DNA of 64,000 bases from Mobula hypostoma (GCF_963921235.1 NC_086109.1:23314001-23378000), one strand, 5' to 3'; counted from the stretch's first letter, positions 1-13,817 are shown. The notes: generated from the letters alone by a model not told the origin. Made by a program: numbers and translations.

Positions 1-1910
1 GGGAAATGGTTAATGTTTCCTTTGATTGGATGTCCAGTAATCTATTTTATAAAAAAATGCTAACTAACCGTGAATGGACAATAGGGACACCATTTATGCA
101 CTGAAGATACAATAGAAAACTATTTTCTATTTACCAAAGATGGGCATCTGTCTTGAGTTTTCAGACAGTTACTAGATCATTTTTGCAGCAGTTACTGGTA
201 TTTTAACTGTACTGGGATGACGCTGACAAAGTTGAATGAAGGAAGACTCAGTTACACATGCTGTATTAAATCCTATTATTTTTCCAAATGATGGACAAAG
301 TCTATTGTGCACATCACACAGATACAAATATTAAGATTATATGATACTATTTACTATTTTTGTATATTAATCTGTAATGTAACTAGCCACATATGGCTCA
401 CACTCAATGTATCATGAAGTATTAATGACAACAATGCTAATGAATCTCCGAACTACAAAGAGTAACTGAAACATTTTCTGAAAGTCATTTTTCTTTATTT
501 GCATAAAAGAAAAGGTTGTCTGCTTGGCGTTTGTCCTTTATTTACATGGCTTATGGTGAAATCTCCACTCAGCACTCTGTCTCCAGACTCAGAAGAAAAT
601 ATGATCCGTTGTCTAAGATATGGGTACCTGGTCCTTGTGGAGTTGTCCTTCACTAAGGGCTAAATATTTCATTTGCTGCACTATTGAATGATATTTGTAT
701 GTAAAATCCGATATACTTATGCTATGAGTATGGGAAAGGAATTATTGATTTGTTTGAAACTGTAAAAGTTACAACAATTTGTACAAATATCTATCAGTTA
801 TTTTATATTTACAGTCTATCTGAATAGTTTTGTCAAATTAATGTTCTTTAATTCTTGCTTTGCTTCATAATTTACCACAAGCAATGTGTTCGAGTTCTCA
901 CAATCCTTGGGTTTTGCAATAATAAGTTGATTTGGCTAACTTCAGCTCTTAGGAGGATGACTATGTGTGTCTAAACTACTTCTGTCCTTCCAATCACAAG
1001 TAGGTCAGAGGAGCAAAACTTGGGACAACTTGTTGAATGTTCACAAAGGCCGAAGTGCCTTTTAGCCTAAATTACTTTTGGAAAATCTGGTATAAATTAA
1101 AAGCGGAATGATTTTTTAATTGATAACCATTCAATAGGCCAATTTTTGATTCCCTGATTTGTAGCTCATTTGTAGATATGTTCTTAATGTCCATTGCAAA
1201 AATGTTGGGATGGAATATCGATTATGACCCTGCTCCTGTTTGCTAGTTTGCAAGTATGTGCATGTAAATTGTGTACAAGTGCACTGAGGTCCCATTTATC
1301 CCTGCTGCATATCCTCCCAGTTCTTGTAGTAAAAAACCTGTCTGGACATGCTCATAAATTATGACAGCATGATTTACTGTGGATGTGGAACAAAACCGAG
1401 TTTATTTGATGCCTCCACAAGAAAGACAGGGAAAAAATGGTACACACAGAAACTCCTCAATGCAGAAATCAGTACCTGCCGAGTATTTAATTCCTCGCTT
1501 CTACAGAGGAAATATTATAGTGTTATCATTTTCTCACAAGGGATCCAGATCTGAAAGGGATCGTAATGCACAGATGAATTACTTACAGTAGCATCCTCTG
1601 TTTTCTTTTATTGGCTTTTTTTAAATATATGTTATTCTTGGCTTGGATTTTTGTATTGTCTTAGAGTAAAGGCAAAAGCAAGTTCAGTATATCATGACTC
1701 TGAAAAGTGAATGAATTGGAAGTGAACCTTGTGTAATATAGTGTAAATGTGTGGAAGAGTTTGGTGCTGTGATATTTATTCCTGTTGTGAATATGTATGT
1801 GGTTTTATTTTCTAGTTAGTTTGTGCATTCAAAACCAATATCCTGGGAAAGACTGGCATATTGCAATAGATTTTCTGGTCAATCAATAAAAGAGAAATGA
1901 AACCACAGGT
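1..1910 (+). other. Probable 3' UTR of an upstream host gene (unidentified)
   Basis: AT-rich, free of recognisable TEs while the rest of the window is TE-dense; no credible ORF; AATAAA at 1885-1890 with T-rich sequence downstream. Inference. Confidence 0.45.
1885..1890 (+). terminator. Candidate polyadenylation signal AATAAA
   Basis: Canonical hexamer in the repeat-free block; T-rich tract at about 1918-1930. Confidence 0.4.
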
Positions 1911-2940
1911 GACATCACTTTTTCTTTGTGATAGCCTAAATATAGGATGATAGTATCAGATATCATTCTAAAGATGTGCTGGATTGAAGAGTTCAGAATG
2001 TAGAAATCTGAGCATGAATTGTGTTTCTAACATTCTTTGTGTGAATCCTTAAATTTCAGGGAGTAGTTTAAGTTTAAGGAAGGATTCATAAATATCACAG
2101 TAAAGTGAATGTGAGGAATATAGGTCATTAATGTACAGTTTTTCATGAATTGGTCTCTATTGCAACAAAAAACATGTTCTAGGTTTAAAGGTCTGTGTGT
2201 TGACATTTTATTAGCATTAAATTCAACAAATCACACCAGATCAACTAACGTCTGAGAAAAAAAACTTTATCATATGCAGAGGTGATTTTTTTTTTCACTA
2301 GAATAGATCTTTTAACTTGTTTTACTTTTCTTTCCCAATGCTCATAGTACCACCAGGTAGTCTTTTTTCATTTTTTTCTTCTTATTTCTATTTTGTTTAC
2401 AAAAATATACTATTGTTCTTCACTGATAAACTGAGAGTTTTCTCAGTGTGTCTGCATTTGCACATTCCTTAGAAATGGTACCAGGTGATCCTTGCTATTG
2501 CAGTACATTGTACACTTGGTGAGCCAAAATGATTTTTTTCCATTCTCTCTTCTTCCCCCTCTTACTTCCCACTCTTCAATTCAGTGGCAACATGACAGTG
2601 TGGCAGGTCTCTTGGCTCCAGTGTAAATGGTTAGATTTATTGACTCCTTTTTAAACTTTCACAGTGTGACATAGTGGAATGTGTACTGCTGATGATAATC
2701 ATTCATCACCTGTGTCTTTTCTGCATTTCAGACCCTTGTATGTTCCTAATGATCTTTGCAATCTTTAAGATCAAATCAAAGATGTTAAACAGTAAAGTGT
2801 AGAGAAGAAAACTTTCATTCAAGTGTGCTCATAAACAAATTGCATACTTTTGCTTGAATCAAGCCACTTATTACATTGAAGTCAGCTGAATTTAGTTCCT
2901 TGAAAGCGTTTGCAGAATTTTAATGTACCAGCACTATATA

Positions 2941-3034
2941 AACACACAAAATACTGAAGGATTCAGCAGGTCAGGCATCATCTGTGAAGTGGAATAAACA
3001 ATCAAGGTTTCTGGCTGCGACCCTTCATCAGGAA
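2941..3034 (-). mobile_element. Short Penelope-like terminal fragment with degenerate hammerhead motif
   Basis: Minus strand reads cctgatgaagggtcgcagccagaaacc...gatgcctgacctgctga, matching the terminus of the 59470-61087 element. Confidence 0.75.
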
Positions 3035-3649
3035 TATATGTTTTATTTGCCTGATCTCATTGCTTTGGTGGACATTAACAATTCTATAGTTTTCTCTGTA
3101 GAACAGGGTGGGTTTTTATTTGTTACTTGATTTTTCACAATCCTAGAACTTTGATTTTGAGATGAACATCAGTTGAAATTATAATTTTGTAATTACTTAG
3201 AATTATATTATATGTACTTTTACATTCACTCAAGCTTCTCCCATTCTCCATTTTGTCCTTCCATGCTATCAGCTAACCATCGAAGATCTCACTCTGTAGA
3301 AAGCCTTGTCACCTTATCTTGTCCTCTTCTTCCCATTTCCCATCAATTCATTCTGACCTCTTGTCAGCTAATTTTCCAGACGTGCTGTTCCATATTTCTT
3401 TTTTTGTACCTTAAACACCTGGGTTATCCATTACCACCATTTTATACTCACTAGTGATGGTTACACTTTCAGTCCTTAAAACCTCCTCCAGATATATGTC
3501 TGCCATTTGCTCATTCATCCTGCTTTCAAAATGCTTCTACTTACAAAAACAAATTTTTCCATTTCCTTTTTTTAAATTTTCCCACTTGTCCTGAAACATA
3601 TTAAAAGAGTTTTGTGTGTTCATCATTACAGGTTTTATTATTAAAAGGA

Positions 3650-4030
3650 AGTCCTTCCAGTTACATTGCATCTTTTGCAACTTCAGAATGCCCCAGATAA
3701 TGTTATAAGTACTTTTTAACACTGTAGTGCCAATTGCTGCAACAGATAATCACAAAAACAATGTGACAATTATCAACTAATCTCCTTTCATGATTAGAAA
3801 TTGATGGACAAATATATGCTCACAAAATTGTAGAGGATTCCTTGCTGAGTAGAATGCTATGTGATTTGTCTGAGATTAGCGAAGAACAAACTGGACGTAT
3901 TTGAACCAAAATTTGGCCTGTCTGATATTGTTGTGTTTTCTCAGTACTGTACTGCAAGTGTCAACCTGGATTTTGTTTATAATTCCCTAATGGTGTTTGA
4001 AACATAATTATTTGATCCAGGGATAATGAG
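3650..4030 (-). mobile_element. Old Deu-domain (SacSINE/AmnSINE-like) SINE remnant
   Basis: ctcagtactgtactgcaagtgtcaacctggatttt resembles the recalled DeuSINE consensus; related remnants near 6400-6530, 14210-14520, 19840-19965, 27700-27960. Confidence 0.45.
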
Positions 4031-5414
4031 TTCCCCAGCTGATGGGTAATGGCAAAGTTTCAGAGAAAGAGATTTTACTCTGTTAATATTGACTTGATAT
4101 TTTTCAATTACTACAGATAAATTGGGTTTTCACATTGAGGAGTTAATTTATGTGTTTGTTGTGTGATTTAAAATTAGAGCTTATTTGAGTTAGGCTTTGG
4201 TCCCAGTTACTGGGCATTCTTAACTTATAGCTTCTAATTAGAAATATAGTTATTTTTCTGTTGTATAAAGTATTTGGACCTGCTGCTAGTGTTGAGTCTA
4301 ATAATCAATATACAACTATCTCTGCCTGGGGCCCTATGTTCCTGTAACTTCCTACAAAATGACAGCCTGAACATTTTGATCCAAATTGGTTTCTAGGTAA
4401 GCACAGGTTTGATTTGAACTCCACAAACCTGGAGGCCTTCTTTCCCCTATTGCTGTGATCTTTTTTTCCAGCCCTACAATCCTCCAAAATTGCTGTGTTC
4501 CTCATGTTCTCTCCTATTGATCATACTGAGTGGGTCTGTTCTTTCATTGCTAAGGACCTAAACTCTGAAATTCTCTCCCCAAATCACTTAACATTTCTTC
4601 TTTATGGGCACTCATTAAAAACTACCTCACTGACCAAACATTTTGTCAATTGTCCTAATATCTCACACTCAGTCAATTTTTGTTCATGGCTTCATAAAGT
4701 TTCTTTGTGTCATTGTATATTAAAAATGCTAAATAAATGCAGAGAAGTAAGACCTTTGAACAATGGGACAGCATTCTCTCCCAGCTCACATCTAGCTTTC
4801 TCTTACTTCTCATAAAGAGATGCTGTAAAGAAGAGATTTACTGGGATAAGGGAGTGTACACGTGAACTTTTAGGCAAGGAGGTTATAACTGAACTTATAG
4901 ATCAAGCCATCATGAAAAATCTGTTGCTGGACCAGTTGAATTTTGTCATTTTTTTGCCACATTAAAAGGAAGAAAATTCCTGGAAGAGTAGAGAGTGAAT
5001 ACAAAAAAAAATTTGGTTTCTTTCCGTTCACCATCTGAAGGGCTATACAATCAAAGAATATGCAACTATTCAGGTTTATATCAGCAGGAGATTCATTTAG
5101 AATTCTTGCATTGCTCTTCAATTTTCAGAGTTTAAACAATGAGAAAACAAGTCAAGCAAAAAATAAAACCAACTCACAATATAAAATTCCGTTTCCAATA
5201 TAACATATAACTGAAACATGGGCTCATAAATCTTTTTGTATTCAAAACAAAATATCTCTCATTAGGCAGTCTTATGTAATTTTAAGCAATCTCAATATGC
5301 TTCACTCTGGAAGTTGATATAGTTGCTTGGTTACAGTCTGAATACAAAATGCAGATGTACAGATCTAATAGTCAGGAGAGTGTAAGATGTGAACTATATT
5401 TAGGAAGTCTATCA

Positions 5415-5670
5415 GATTTCTACCTCTTCCACATATCTCCTCCCAGAATCTCACTTCACACCCGGTCCACCTCCCACCTATCTTCCCTCTCATCTGGTTT
5501 CATCTAGCACTTGCCAACTTTTACTCCTTCCTCTCCACCCGCTTTCTTATTACTGGCATCTTCCCTTTTCCTTTCAAGTACTGATGAAAGGTCTCGGTCT
5601 GAAATGACGACTGTTATTCCTCTCCAGAGGTGCTGCCTGATCTGCTGAGTTCCTCCTGCATTTTGGAGCC
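5415..5670 (+). mobile_element. Penelope-like terminal fragment
   Basis: Pyrimidine-rich tract, then ctgatgaaaggtctcggtctgaaatgacgactg and gctgcctgatctgctgagttcctcc. Confidence 0.75.
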
Positions 5671-6929
5671 CTGATGAAACTGGTCATTACCAGTCCATTG
5701 CCCTTCAACTCCCTAATCTTTAGTCATTCCAGCCCAGCTGATTTGTATGTTCTTCAATTCCAGCCTCTTGCACACCTTAATTTCTCCACCGTGGTGACTG
5801 AGTGCAGCAGCCCGAATTCTAAATTCTGCAATTTCATTCCTGAACCTTGCTGTTATCAGATGGCCCCTTCCTCTCATCCTCTAAGATAATGCTCTTTGAA
5901 ATGGCACTTTACTGTAGATTGTTCTCAGATTTTATTTAGTGATCATTCTTATGAAGTTACTTGGGATATTTAACAATGTGAGAAGCAAACAAGGAAGCAG
6001 TTTGTGACGCTTGTTCATACCACTGGACCCAGATTTCTGAGGTCGAGCGAGTGGACCTGGCCCAGTGCAACAGCTTTTCCACTTTAAAAGCTCTCCCACA
6101 CAGGTCTTCTGTCATCATCAGACAGGCTGGACAACCACCATCACAGAAGCGATATTTAAATACATTGGTGTGGCAGCCCAGACTTAGTCATTAGGTCAGA
6201 ACTCAACCAACGGTTGCCTAAATAACCACCACATTTAATATTGGTTAACTAAGATAATTTAATAAAATATTATTCCTCTCCTTTTTCAAAGTTTTCCTTC
6301 CCACCAATACAACATAGGGAAGTGCAATTAGTTTCAGCACCTCTAGTTCAGGGTGAATGATAAACCACTGATTTTGCCAATGAAAGTGAAATAACTTGCA
6401 CTTAGAAAGTAGCTTTCAGAACCTCACATCTTAAAAGTATTTCACAGCCAATGAAGTAACCTCTGAAATTTTGTCACTACAGGAAATGTGGCAGCCAATT
6501 TGCACTTCACGAAAACCATTCAGTGGTTATCCTGTCAATACCTCTTCCAAGTTCTCTTACAGTCTTAATATTCTCCATTAAATCATCTTCATATTTATTT
6601 TCTTTTACAGACCCAAACTCCATCCTCTTAAATATTTTCTATTAGATGTAGACACTCAGCTCTGATATTATACTGATAAGTCTGTATGATTCACTTATAA
6701 AACAAACACTCAAATTTTTCACAACATTAAGCAATCGATTTTATATAATTTAAGATGGAAGCATGTTTACTTGTCTGATGGCTGGTGGAGGCTAAACTTT
6801 AAACTTTCAGATAAGGTCAGAGTAATATTAGGGACAGAAAATGGCAGCCTTTATCTAAAGCTTTGCATTAACTATGGTGATATACTTTAAAGTCAAAATG
6901 GCGTGTGACTTGGAGGGGATCTGTAGGTG

Positions 6930-7155
6930 GTTTTCCTAATCTCCCCCACCCTCATCAGTTTATCACTGCAGCCCTTCCCCCTCACCTGGATCCTCCTGCC
7001 AGCTCATGCTCCACCCCTTCTTTGTCGTACTAGGTATCCTCCCCCATCTTTCAATCCAGATTAAGTGTTGATCTGAAACGTCAACTGTCCATTTTCCTCC
7101 ATAGAATCTGCCTGACATGCTGAGTTCCTCAAGCGTTTTTTGTGTTGCTGCAGGT
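6930..7155 (+). mobile_element. Penelope-like terminal fragment (degenerate)
   Basis: gaaacgtcaactgtcc...ctgcctgacatgctgagttcctc tail as in other copies. Confidence 0.65.
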
Positions 7156-7810
7156 GGCGTTGTGTGGTCTGGTAACTTGCCCTCCTCTGCGCTGGCAATC
7201 ATAGGGTTAACAATATTTTGAGAATTGAAGTATTAGAATGTGACTGTTTCATGTTTTGACACATCCAAATGAAAAATGGAATTACTTCCTCAATGACATT
7301 TACTGTTCAGTAATTAAAATAACAACATAAACAAATTTATACAAGAAGCAAATGTGAGATTGCATGGTTTGTTCTTGTTAACTTCAGTGTTGATTGAATA
7401 TGGCCCACAAACACCTTCTCTAATGCAATTCAAGTGGGCAATTAATGTCAGTGATACTCACAACCTAAGAAAAATACAAAAGCAATGACAAGTTGCCCTT
7501 TGCAGAGCATGTTTTATGTGCTAAGCTGTCTCTATCAGCTTCACATGCATGCTATCAAATATAAGGAGAGGGGACCAAAATTTAAGAACAGGAAGCATTT
7601 TAAAGAGGCTGAGTGATCTAGAGTATGCATTCTGAAGCTTAAGGCCTAGGTAGATGAAGACATGGCTGTTATTAGTAGTGGAATTGAAGTCAAAGAGATA
7701 GAAGAGATCAGAATTTGCTGAGAGCAAGATTTCAGATGCTTGCTAGGTTGGAGGAGATTACAGACGAAGGGAGTGTAAGGGCTGGCTAAGAGGTGAATTT
7801 GGCAAGTTCT

Positions 7811-8029
7811 TACTTATATGTAATATTACCTTTGATAACAATGAGATCTGATGGGGAATACAAAATGGTGAAGGGTCTGGATGTGAATCACCAGCTGTTT
7901 CTCTTTCCACAGATGCTGGGCTGATCCAATTCTTCCAGTTATCCCCACTCCTCTGCTTTCACCCCATACCGTCTTCTCGTTGTTGCCATCAGAAGCCTGG
8001 AGGCACACACTCAGTTTTTATTAACAAAG
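7811..8029 (-). repeat. 219-bp unit, inverted duplicate of 11474-11692
   Basis: Manual alignment gives about 10 mismatches in 219 nt with no indel; ORFs 7826..8008(-) and 11495..11677(+) are nearly identical. Confidence 0.9.
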
Positions 8030-8264
8030 AACAGTTTCTTCCCCTCTGTGATCTGATTCCTAAATGGACACTACCTCACTTCTTTTTTATTATTCCTGTT
8101 TCTGCACTATTTTTAATTTAACTACATATATAATTAGTAATTGACTTACTTACTTATTTCTTTCTATATTATCATACATTGCATTGTATTGCTGTCGCTA
8201 CGTTAACAAATTTCACGATATATGCCAATGATATTATACCTGATTCTGAGTTGTGCAGAAATCC

Positions 8265-8562
8265 CACTCTACTCTCCTATCAGATTCCTTCTTCCTCAGC
8301 CCTTTGCCTTTTCCACCTATCACCTCCCATCTTCTTACTTCATCCACCTGTCTTCACCTATCACCTTCTAACTTGTCCTCTTCCCCCTCCCCCACCTTCT
8401 TGTTCTGCCATCTTCCCTCTTCTTTTCCAGTCCTGATGAAGGGTCTCAGCCCGCAATGTCAACTGTTTATTCGTTTCCATAAATGCTGCCTATCCTGCTG
8501 AGTTCCTCCAGCATTTTGTGTGTTGCTCTGGATTTCCAGCATCTGCAGAGTCTCTCGTGTTT
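8265..8562 (+). mobile_element. Penelope-like terminal fragment
   Basis: cagtcctgatgaagggtctcagcccgcaatgtcaactg followed by the conserved tail. Confidence 0.8.
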
Positions 8563-8564
8563 GT

Positions 8565-9105
8565 GAGATAGATCTGGTGGTAAATTGGTGTTGCAACAAC
8601 CTAGTACTCAACATCAGCAAGAGCAAGGAATTGATTGTGGAGCTCTGGAACAGGAAGTCTGTGGGACACACTAAAGTCCTCACTGAGGGTTCAATGATGG
8701 GAAGGGTGAGCAGCTTTAAGTTCCTGAGTGTAAACATCTCTGAGGATCTAACCGAGGCCCAACATATTGATGCAAAATTTAAGAAGGCACACCAATGGCT
8801 CTACTGTGTTTGGAGTTTGAGGAGATTAAGGACCTAAACCATCATGTACGTGTCCTCCTCTCATTACTATCATCACAGAGGAAGTACAAGATACTGAAGA
8901 CACACATTCAACAATTCAGGAATAGCTTCTTCCTCTCCATCATCAGATTTCTGAATGGTCCATGAACACTACCTCACTACCACACTATTTTTTTTAACTA
9001 CTGTATTTATTTATTTGTAATTCATTATGTCTTTACACTGTACTACTGTTGCAACAAAACCTACAGATTTCATATAAGGCAGAGATAATCCAATTCTGAT
9101 TCTGC
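8565..9105 (+). mobile_element. Rex1/Babar-type LINE 3' fragment
   Basis: Translates WCCNNLVLNISKSKELIV...RVSSFKFLSVNISEDL; Rex1-like 3' UTR ending attctgattct. Confidence 0.75.
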
Positions 9106-9439
9106 TTTTAAGACAAGGTATCAATTTTTTCCTTTACTTTGGAAAACTAAAGGACTTTAGACAAGGATTTAGAACACTTTGCTTCATACATGGTGTAGAG
9201 ATCTTTTTTTCGCACCATTGGTATCTTACAATTCGACGAACTGGAGAAAAACTGCTGAAACACTCAACAGCACAGTTCAAGAGAAGAAATTAATCCTCTT
9301 AACTGAAAATTGAGAATGTTTCTGACCAAGTTACTCACCTCAAAAGGCATTGTTTTGCAGAGATGGCGAAGAAAATAAAAGACTGCTTCAAGTTCCCTGC
9401 TTTAGAGCTAACTGAAAGCTGCAACTTGAGACTCAGAAA

Positions 9440-9810
9440 AATGGAGGAGGCTAAGGGGAGACCTGATAGACATTTATAACATTTTGAGAGGCATTGGTAG
9501 ATAGACATCCACTGTCTTTTTTCCTAAGGTGAACATGTTTAGGAATAAAGAGTTTTCATTTAAGATGAGAGGGCGATAGTTCAAAGAAGACGTGCAGGGC
9601 CAGTTTGCAATGTGGATGCACTGCCACGTGTGGTAGTGGACGCAAATGGCATGAAGACGCTTAAGAGGTTTTTAGATGGGTACTTGAATATGCTGAGGAT
9701 GGAGGGGTATGGACCATGTGCAGGCAGAAGGGATTAGTTTAATTAGGCAACATTAGCTTAATTGGTTTGGCACAATATTGTGACCTGGGCGGTACTATGT
9801 TCTATTAAAA
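9440..9810 (+). mobile_element. CR1 LINE 3' end fragment
   Basis: ggaggctaaggggagacctgatagacatttataa (RLRGDLI.Y-type motif) followed by CR1-like 3' UTR. Confidence 0.7.
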
Positions 9811-10219
9811 CCACTTGCCATCCTATTCTTTGATGTAGAGTGAATAAAACTATGCCCTGCTAGTCAAGACAGATGATACAGGAACAATGAAAGTAGCCAG
9901 GTTTGGTTTGAGATCGTGTGTTACTGATGAGTCAGAGGACCTCTTCTCAGTACTGCCATCAATGAGGAGCTACAAGAGTCTGAAAATGAACACTTAATAT
10001 TTTAGGAACAGCTTCTTCCCCTCCACCATCAGATTTCTGAACACTACCTCACTATTTTCTCTTTTTACACTATTTATTTTATATATTGCATCTTCTTTCT
10101 GTAATTTATAATAATTTTATGTATTGCATTGTACTGTCGCTGCAGAACGGCAGATTTCATGACATATGTCCGTGATATAACCCTGATTTTGAGTCTGACT
10201 ACTTATCAAAAGTGCAGAG

Positions 10220-10730
10220 CAACTCCCATGAAAATTCCATTGCAAATGTGAAAATGGCCAAAGAAACTGTGTCTTATCGTGCCTATAAATTTCTCCAAAA
10301 GGCAGCATCAACATTTCCTATCCCTTATTGATGGTAATTTGAAGTAGCTGAAAGTTAACTCTAGTGAATTTTTGTGTGTCACAGTCCAACAGAGGAAATA
10401 GTTGTTGACAACAGACCACAGCGTTGCACATGGTAATTTAAAAATTTTGTGAAGTGGAATGGTATCAACATAAGTACCTTATTATCTCCCGATCATCAAG
10501 CACCCTATGAAGCAGCTGAATGATCTGTCAAAATAATCAAGGATGCTTTACTGAATCAAGTACTACCAGGATTTTCTTTTCAGCATGAAATATTATTTGG
10601 CAAATTTCCATAAAACATAAAACTACTCCACATGGCACAACGATTTACATGCCAGCAGTCGTTCCCCTGAAAAGATGACAGCAAAGGAGTTTGAGCTTCA
10701 TTCAACAAATGTTACTGACAGAATGCAACA
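10220..10730 (+). pseudogene. Highly decayed Gypsy-type integrase (rve) remnant
   Basis: Hand translation EEIVVDNRPQ...FKNFVKWNGI...SPDHQAPYEAAE*SVKIIKDAL...TTPHGTT resembles the integrase DNGPQF / PYHP.SNG.AER motifs. Confidence 0.65.
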
Positions 10731-11473
10731 GAAATAAAATGACCAGAAACAATATTTCCAGTCAGATTCCAAAGAGGGAAACTTTTGGATCGCCTCTATT
10801 AAAATGGATGAAGGTAATGATAGTTATTGGTTGTGATTACAGACATAATCGGGCATTTGAATGTGGATTACGTGGTTCCAATGAGGGACATATGTAATTA
10901 AGTCAATGGTCCACACCCCAAAGACCTTCTAATTGGTAGGATCATTGGCTACTGTAAGTTACCCCTTACTGAGGTTAGCGGTAGGAGAAACATGGCAAAT
11001 TTACAGGCATATGAGTAAGAAAAGATTACAGGAAAATAAATGAGAAAAATAGGATGGATTGGATTACTCTGAGAGCCAGTAAAGACTCAATAGTTCAAAT
11101 CACTTTCAGCTGTGTCATAAGAAAATATTAAATAAATAATGTGAAATATTAATATTGTTATTGCTTTTGAAAGGCACATAGACTTAAGTGGTTTACTGAA
11201 AATAGTTTTTTCTCCCAGGATAGCAGTATACACTGGTGTACTGAATATCCATATGAACATACAATATTCAAATTGGATGATGGAGTCATGTAAAATACAG
11301 TTGTAACAATCAGTCTAGAATGGGAAGGTGTAATATCCATTACTTAGTTGGGTTCATCTGTGTTTGCCAACCATTACAGTATCATGCTTTGATATCTTTG
11401 TATCCTGTTGTACATGTTCTCACTACATAGAGAAGGCATAACATTATTTGAATCATTTATCATCAGTGACAGC

Positions 11474-11692
11474 CTTTGTTAACAAAAACTGAGTGTGTGC
11501 CTCCAGGCTTCTGACGGTAACAACGAGAAGACAGTATGGGGTGAAAGCAGGGGAGTGGGGATAACTGGAAGAATTGGATCAGCCCAGCATCTGTGGAAAG
11601 AGAAACAGCTGGTGATTCACATCAAGAACCTTCACCATTTTGTATTCCCCGTCAGATCTCATTGTTATCAAAGGTAATATTATATCTAAGTA
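11474..11692 (+). repeat. 219-bp unit, inverted duplicate of 7811-8029; third partial copy at 12429-12536
   Basis: Direct sequence comparison. Confidence 0.9.
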
Positions 11693-11789
11693 CTCGAGCA
11701 GACTTGATGGGCCAAATAGCCTACTCCTACTCCTACTCCTATATCTTATAGTTTTATGGTCTAAGAGGGCACGTCCTTGGTGATGGACC

Positions 11790-12395
11790 CCACATTTCTG
11801 TGGCACTTCTCCCTGAAGATGTCTTGGATACTTGGATACTCACATTGATATCTGAGATTTTACAAATGACAGTGATATCACTCATGAATTTATACCGAGT
11901 GTTTGAGCTGTACTTAGCCACACAGTCATGGGTGTAGAGAGAATAGAGCAGTGGGCTGAGCACACATCTCTGAGGTGTACCTGTGTTGACTGTCAGTGAG
12001 GAGGAAATGTTATTACTGATCTGTACCGACTGCTCTCCAGATGATGAAGTCATGATCCAGCGACAGAGGCCCAACTTTAGAAGCTTGGTGACTAATACTG
12101 GAGGGATGATGGTATTGAGTGGCAAACAGCAGGCCGATGTATATTTCTTTCTAGTTTTGGTGCTTCAAAGTAGAGTGGAGAGGCCGTGAGATTGATTCTG
12201 CTGTAGACCTGTTATGGCAGTGGGTGAATTGCGGAGGTCCCAGGTCCTTGCTCAGTCAGGAATTAATTCTAGCCATAGCCATAGCCAATCTCTCAAACAC
12301 CCAGTTGATAGTCATTGAGGCAGCTCACCCCGATGTTATTCGGCACTGGCACGAAGCAGGTAGGATCCTCAGGCCACAGCAGGGAGAGGTCGAAG
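11790..12395 (-). mobile_element. Rex1/Babar-type LINE RT fragment
   Basis: ORF 11754..12125(-) contains NTGTPQRCVLSPLLYSLYTHDCVA. Confidence 0.8.
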
Positions 12396-12989
12396 GTTAA
12401 AAATGCTGGAAACAATCATCGGGTCAGGCAGCATCTGTGGAAAGAGAGAAACAGTTGGTGATTCACATCCAGACCCTTCACTGATTTATATTCCCCGTTA
12501 GATCTCATTGTTATCAAAGGTAATATTACATATAAGCACACTAAATCTTTTTTCGTTAATTTAGTGACTGCAGGGTTGGACCCAGTGAACACCATCTTTT
12601 TAAACTGATTCCCATGTTACAGAGACCGCTGGGACCCTTGTAATCTACTTCACAACCGTGGACCATGGTTGCTTTGCACTCTTCTTGTGTTAAAATTGTG
12701 TCAGTACAAGCTTCATAGAGAGCTGATGCCAGTATCACTCTTCTCACAAGACTGTTGCTAGACTTCCCTGATTTACAAGTGGAAAGTCTTTGGAAAAAAA
12801 ACTTTCTTTTCACACAGTAGTTTTATCTGATCTCACCAATTTATTATGTCTTCTTGGTGTATAAACACATACAGCTAGATGCCATGGACATCAGGTCTAA
12901 GGCTCCTTGTACTAGTTCAGTCCACCGTGCAATGATTTGATCTGTATGAACAGTATGAAAGACAAACTTTTCACTGTATTTTGGCACAT

Positions 12990-13480
12990 AGCCGAATTAA
13001 AAGCCACGGATGAACCAGGAGGTTCATAGTCTGCTGAAGCTTAGGTCTGTGGCACCCAAGTCTGGTGACACAGGACTACACAAAAAGACCAGGTATGACT
13101 TATGGAGGGCTATCTCAAGAGCAAAGGAACAATTCTGAATGAAGTTGGAAGAGGAATCAAAGCACATCATTTCTGGCAGGGTTTGCAGGCCATTACTTCC
13201 GACAAAGTGAAACCTAACATCATGATGGCAGAGATGCTTCACTCCCAGATGAGCTCTACGCCGTTCATGCATGCTTTCAAAGGGAGAAATTGTAGCAATA
13301 AGAGATTGAAAATGTCTTTGAACACACCCACCAGCTGGTTGGCATAGGTTTTCAGAACCCTACCAGATATTCCATTGAGGCCTATCGCCTTGCAACGGCT
13401 CACCCTCTTGAAAGGCAGCCTGATGTCGGCTTCCGACGCAGACAGCACAGGATCACCGGGTGCTGCAGGGATCCTCATAG
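12990..13480. mobile_element. Rex1-type LINE fragments in opposite orientations
   Basis: Plus-strand WQGLQAITSDK; minus-strand GISGRVLKTYANQLVGVFKDIFNLLLLQ. Confidence 0.6.
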
Positions 13481-13817
13481 ATTGCAGAACACCTATCTAT
13501 AGAAGGAGAAGGCAGATGTTGGAATTTGGAGCAGGAAACAGTCTGCTGGAGGAACACATCTGCTTGAGCAGCATCTGCGGCGGGAAAGGAATTGTCAATG
13601 ATTCAGGTTGAAACCCTACTTCAAGTCCTCCCCTCTCCCCACAAGAAGATGTTGCTCAGTCCTCAGAGTTTCTCCAGCTGTATGTGCATATGAAAATTCA
13701 TTGCAAACAGGATGGAGCTTACAGGAAGTAAAGTCAGGAGGAGGCAAAAAATGTAGGGAATCAGGGCAGGATTTTTATGAACAACCCCTGCAGGGAAGTG
13801 AGAAACTCAAATTCAGA

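Noticed and set aside
1348..1591. Overlapping 68- and 70-aa ORFs
   Set aside because: No recognisable domain or splice context; they lie in probable UTR.
7826..11677. Duplicated 60-aa ORF MCLQASDG... as a gene pair
   Set aside because: The copies start at non-ATG codons, span TE fragments, and are explained by the inverted duplication.
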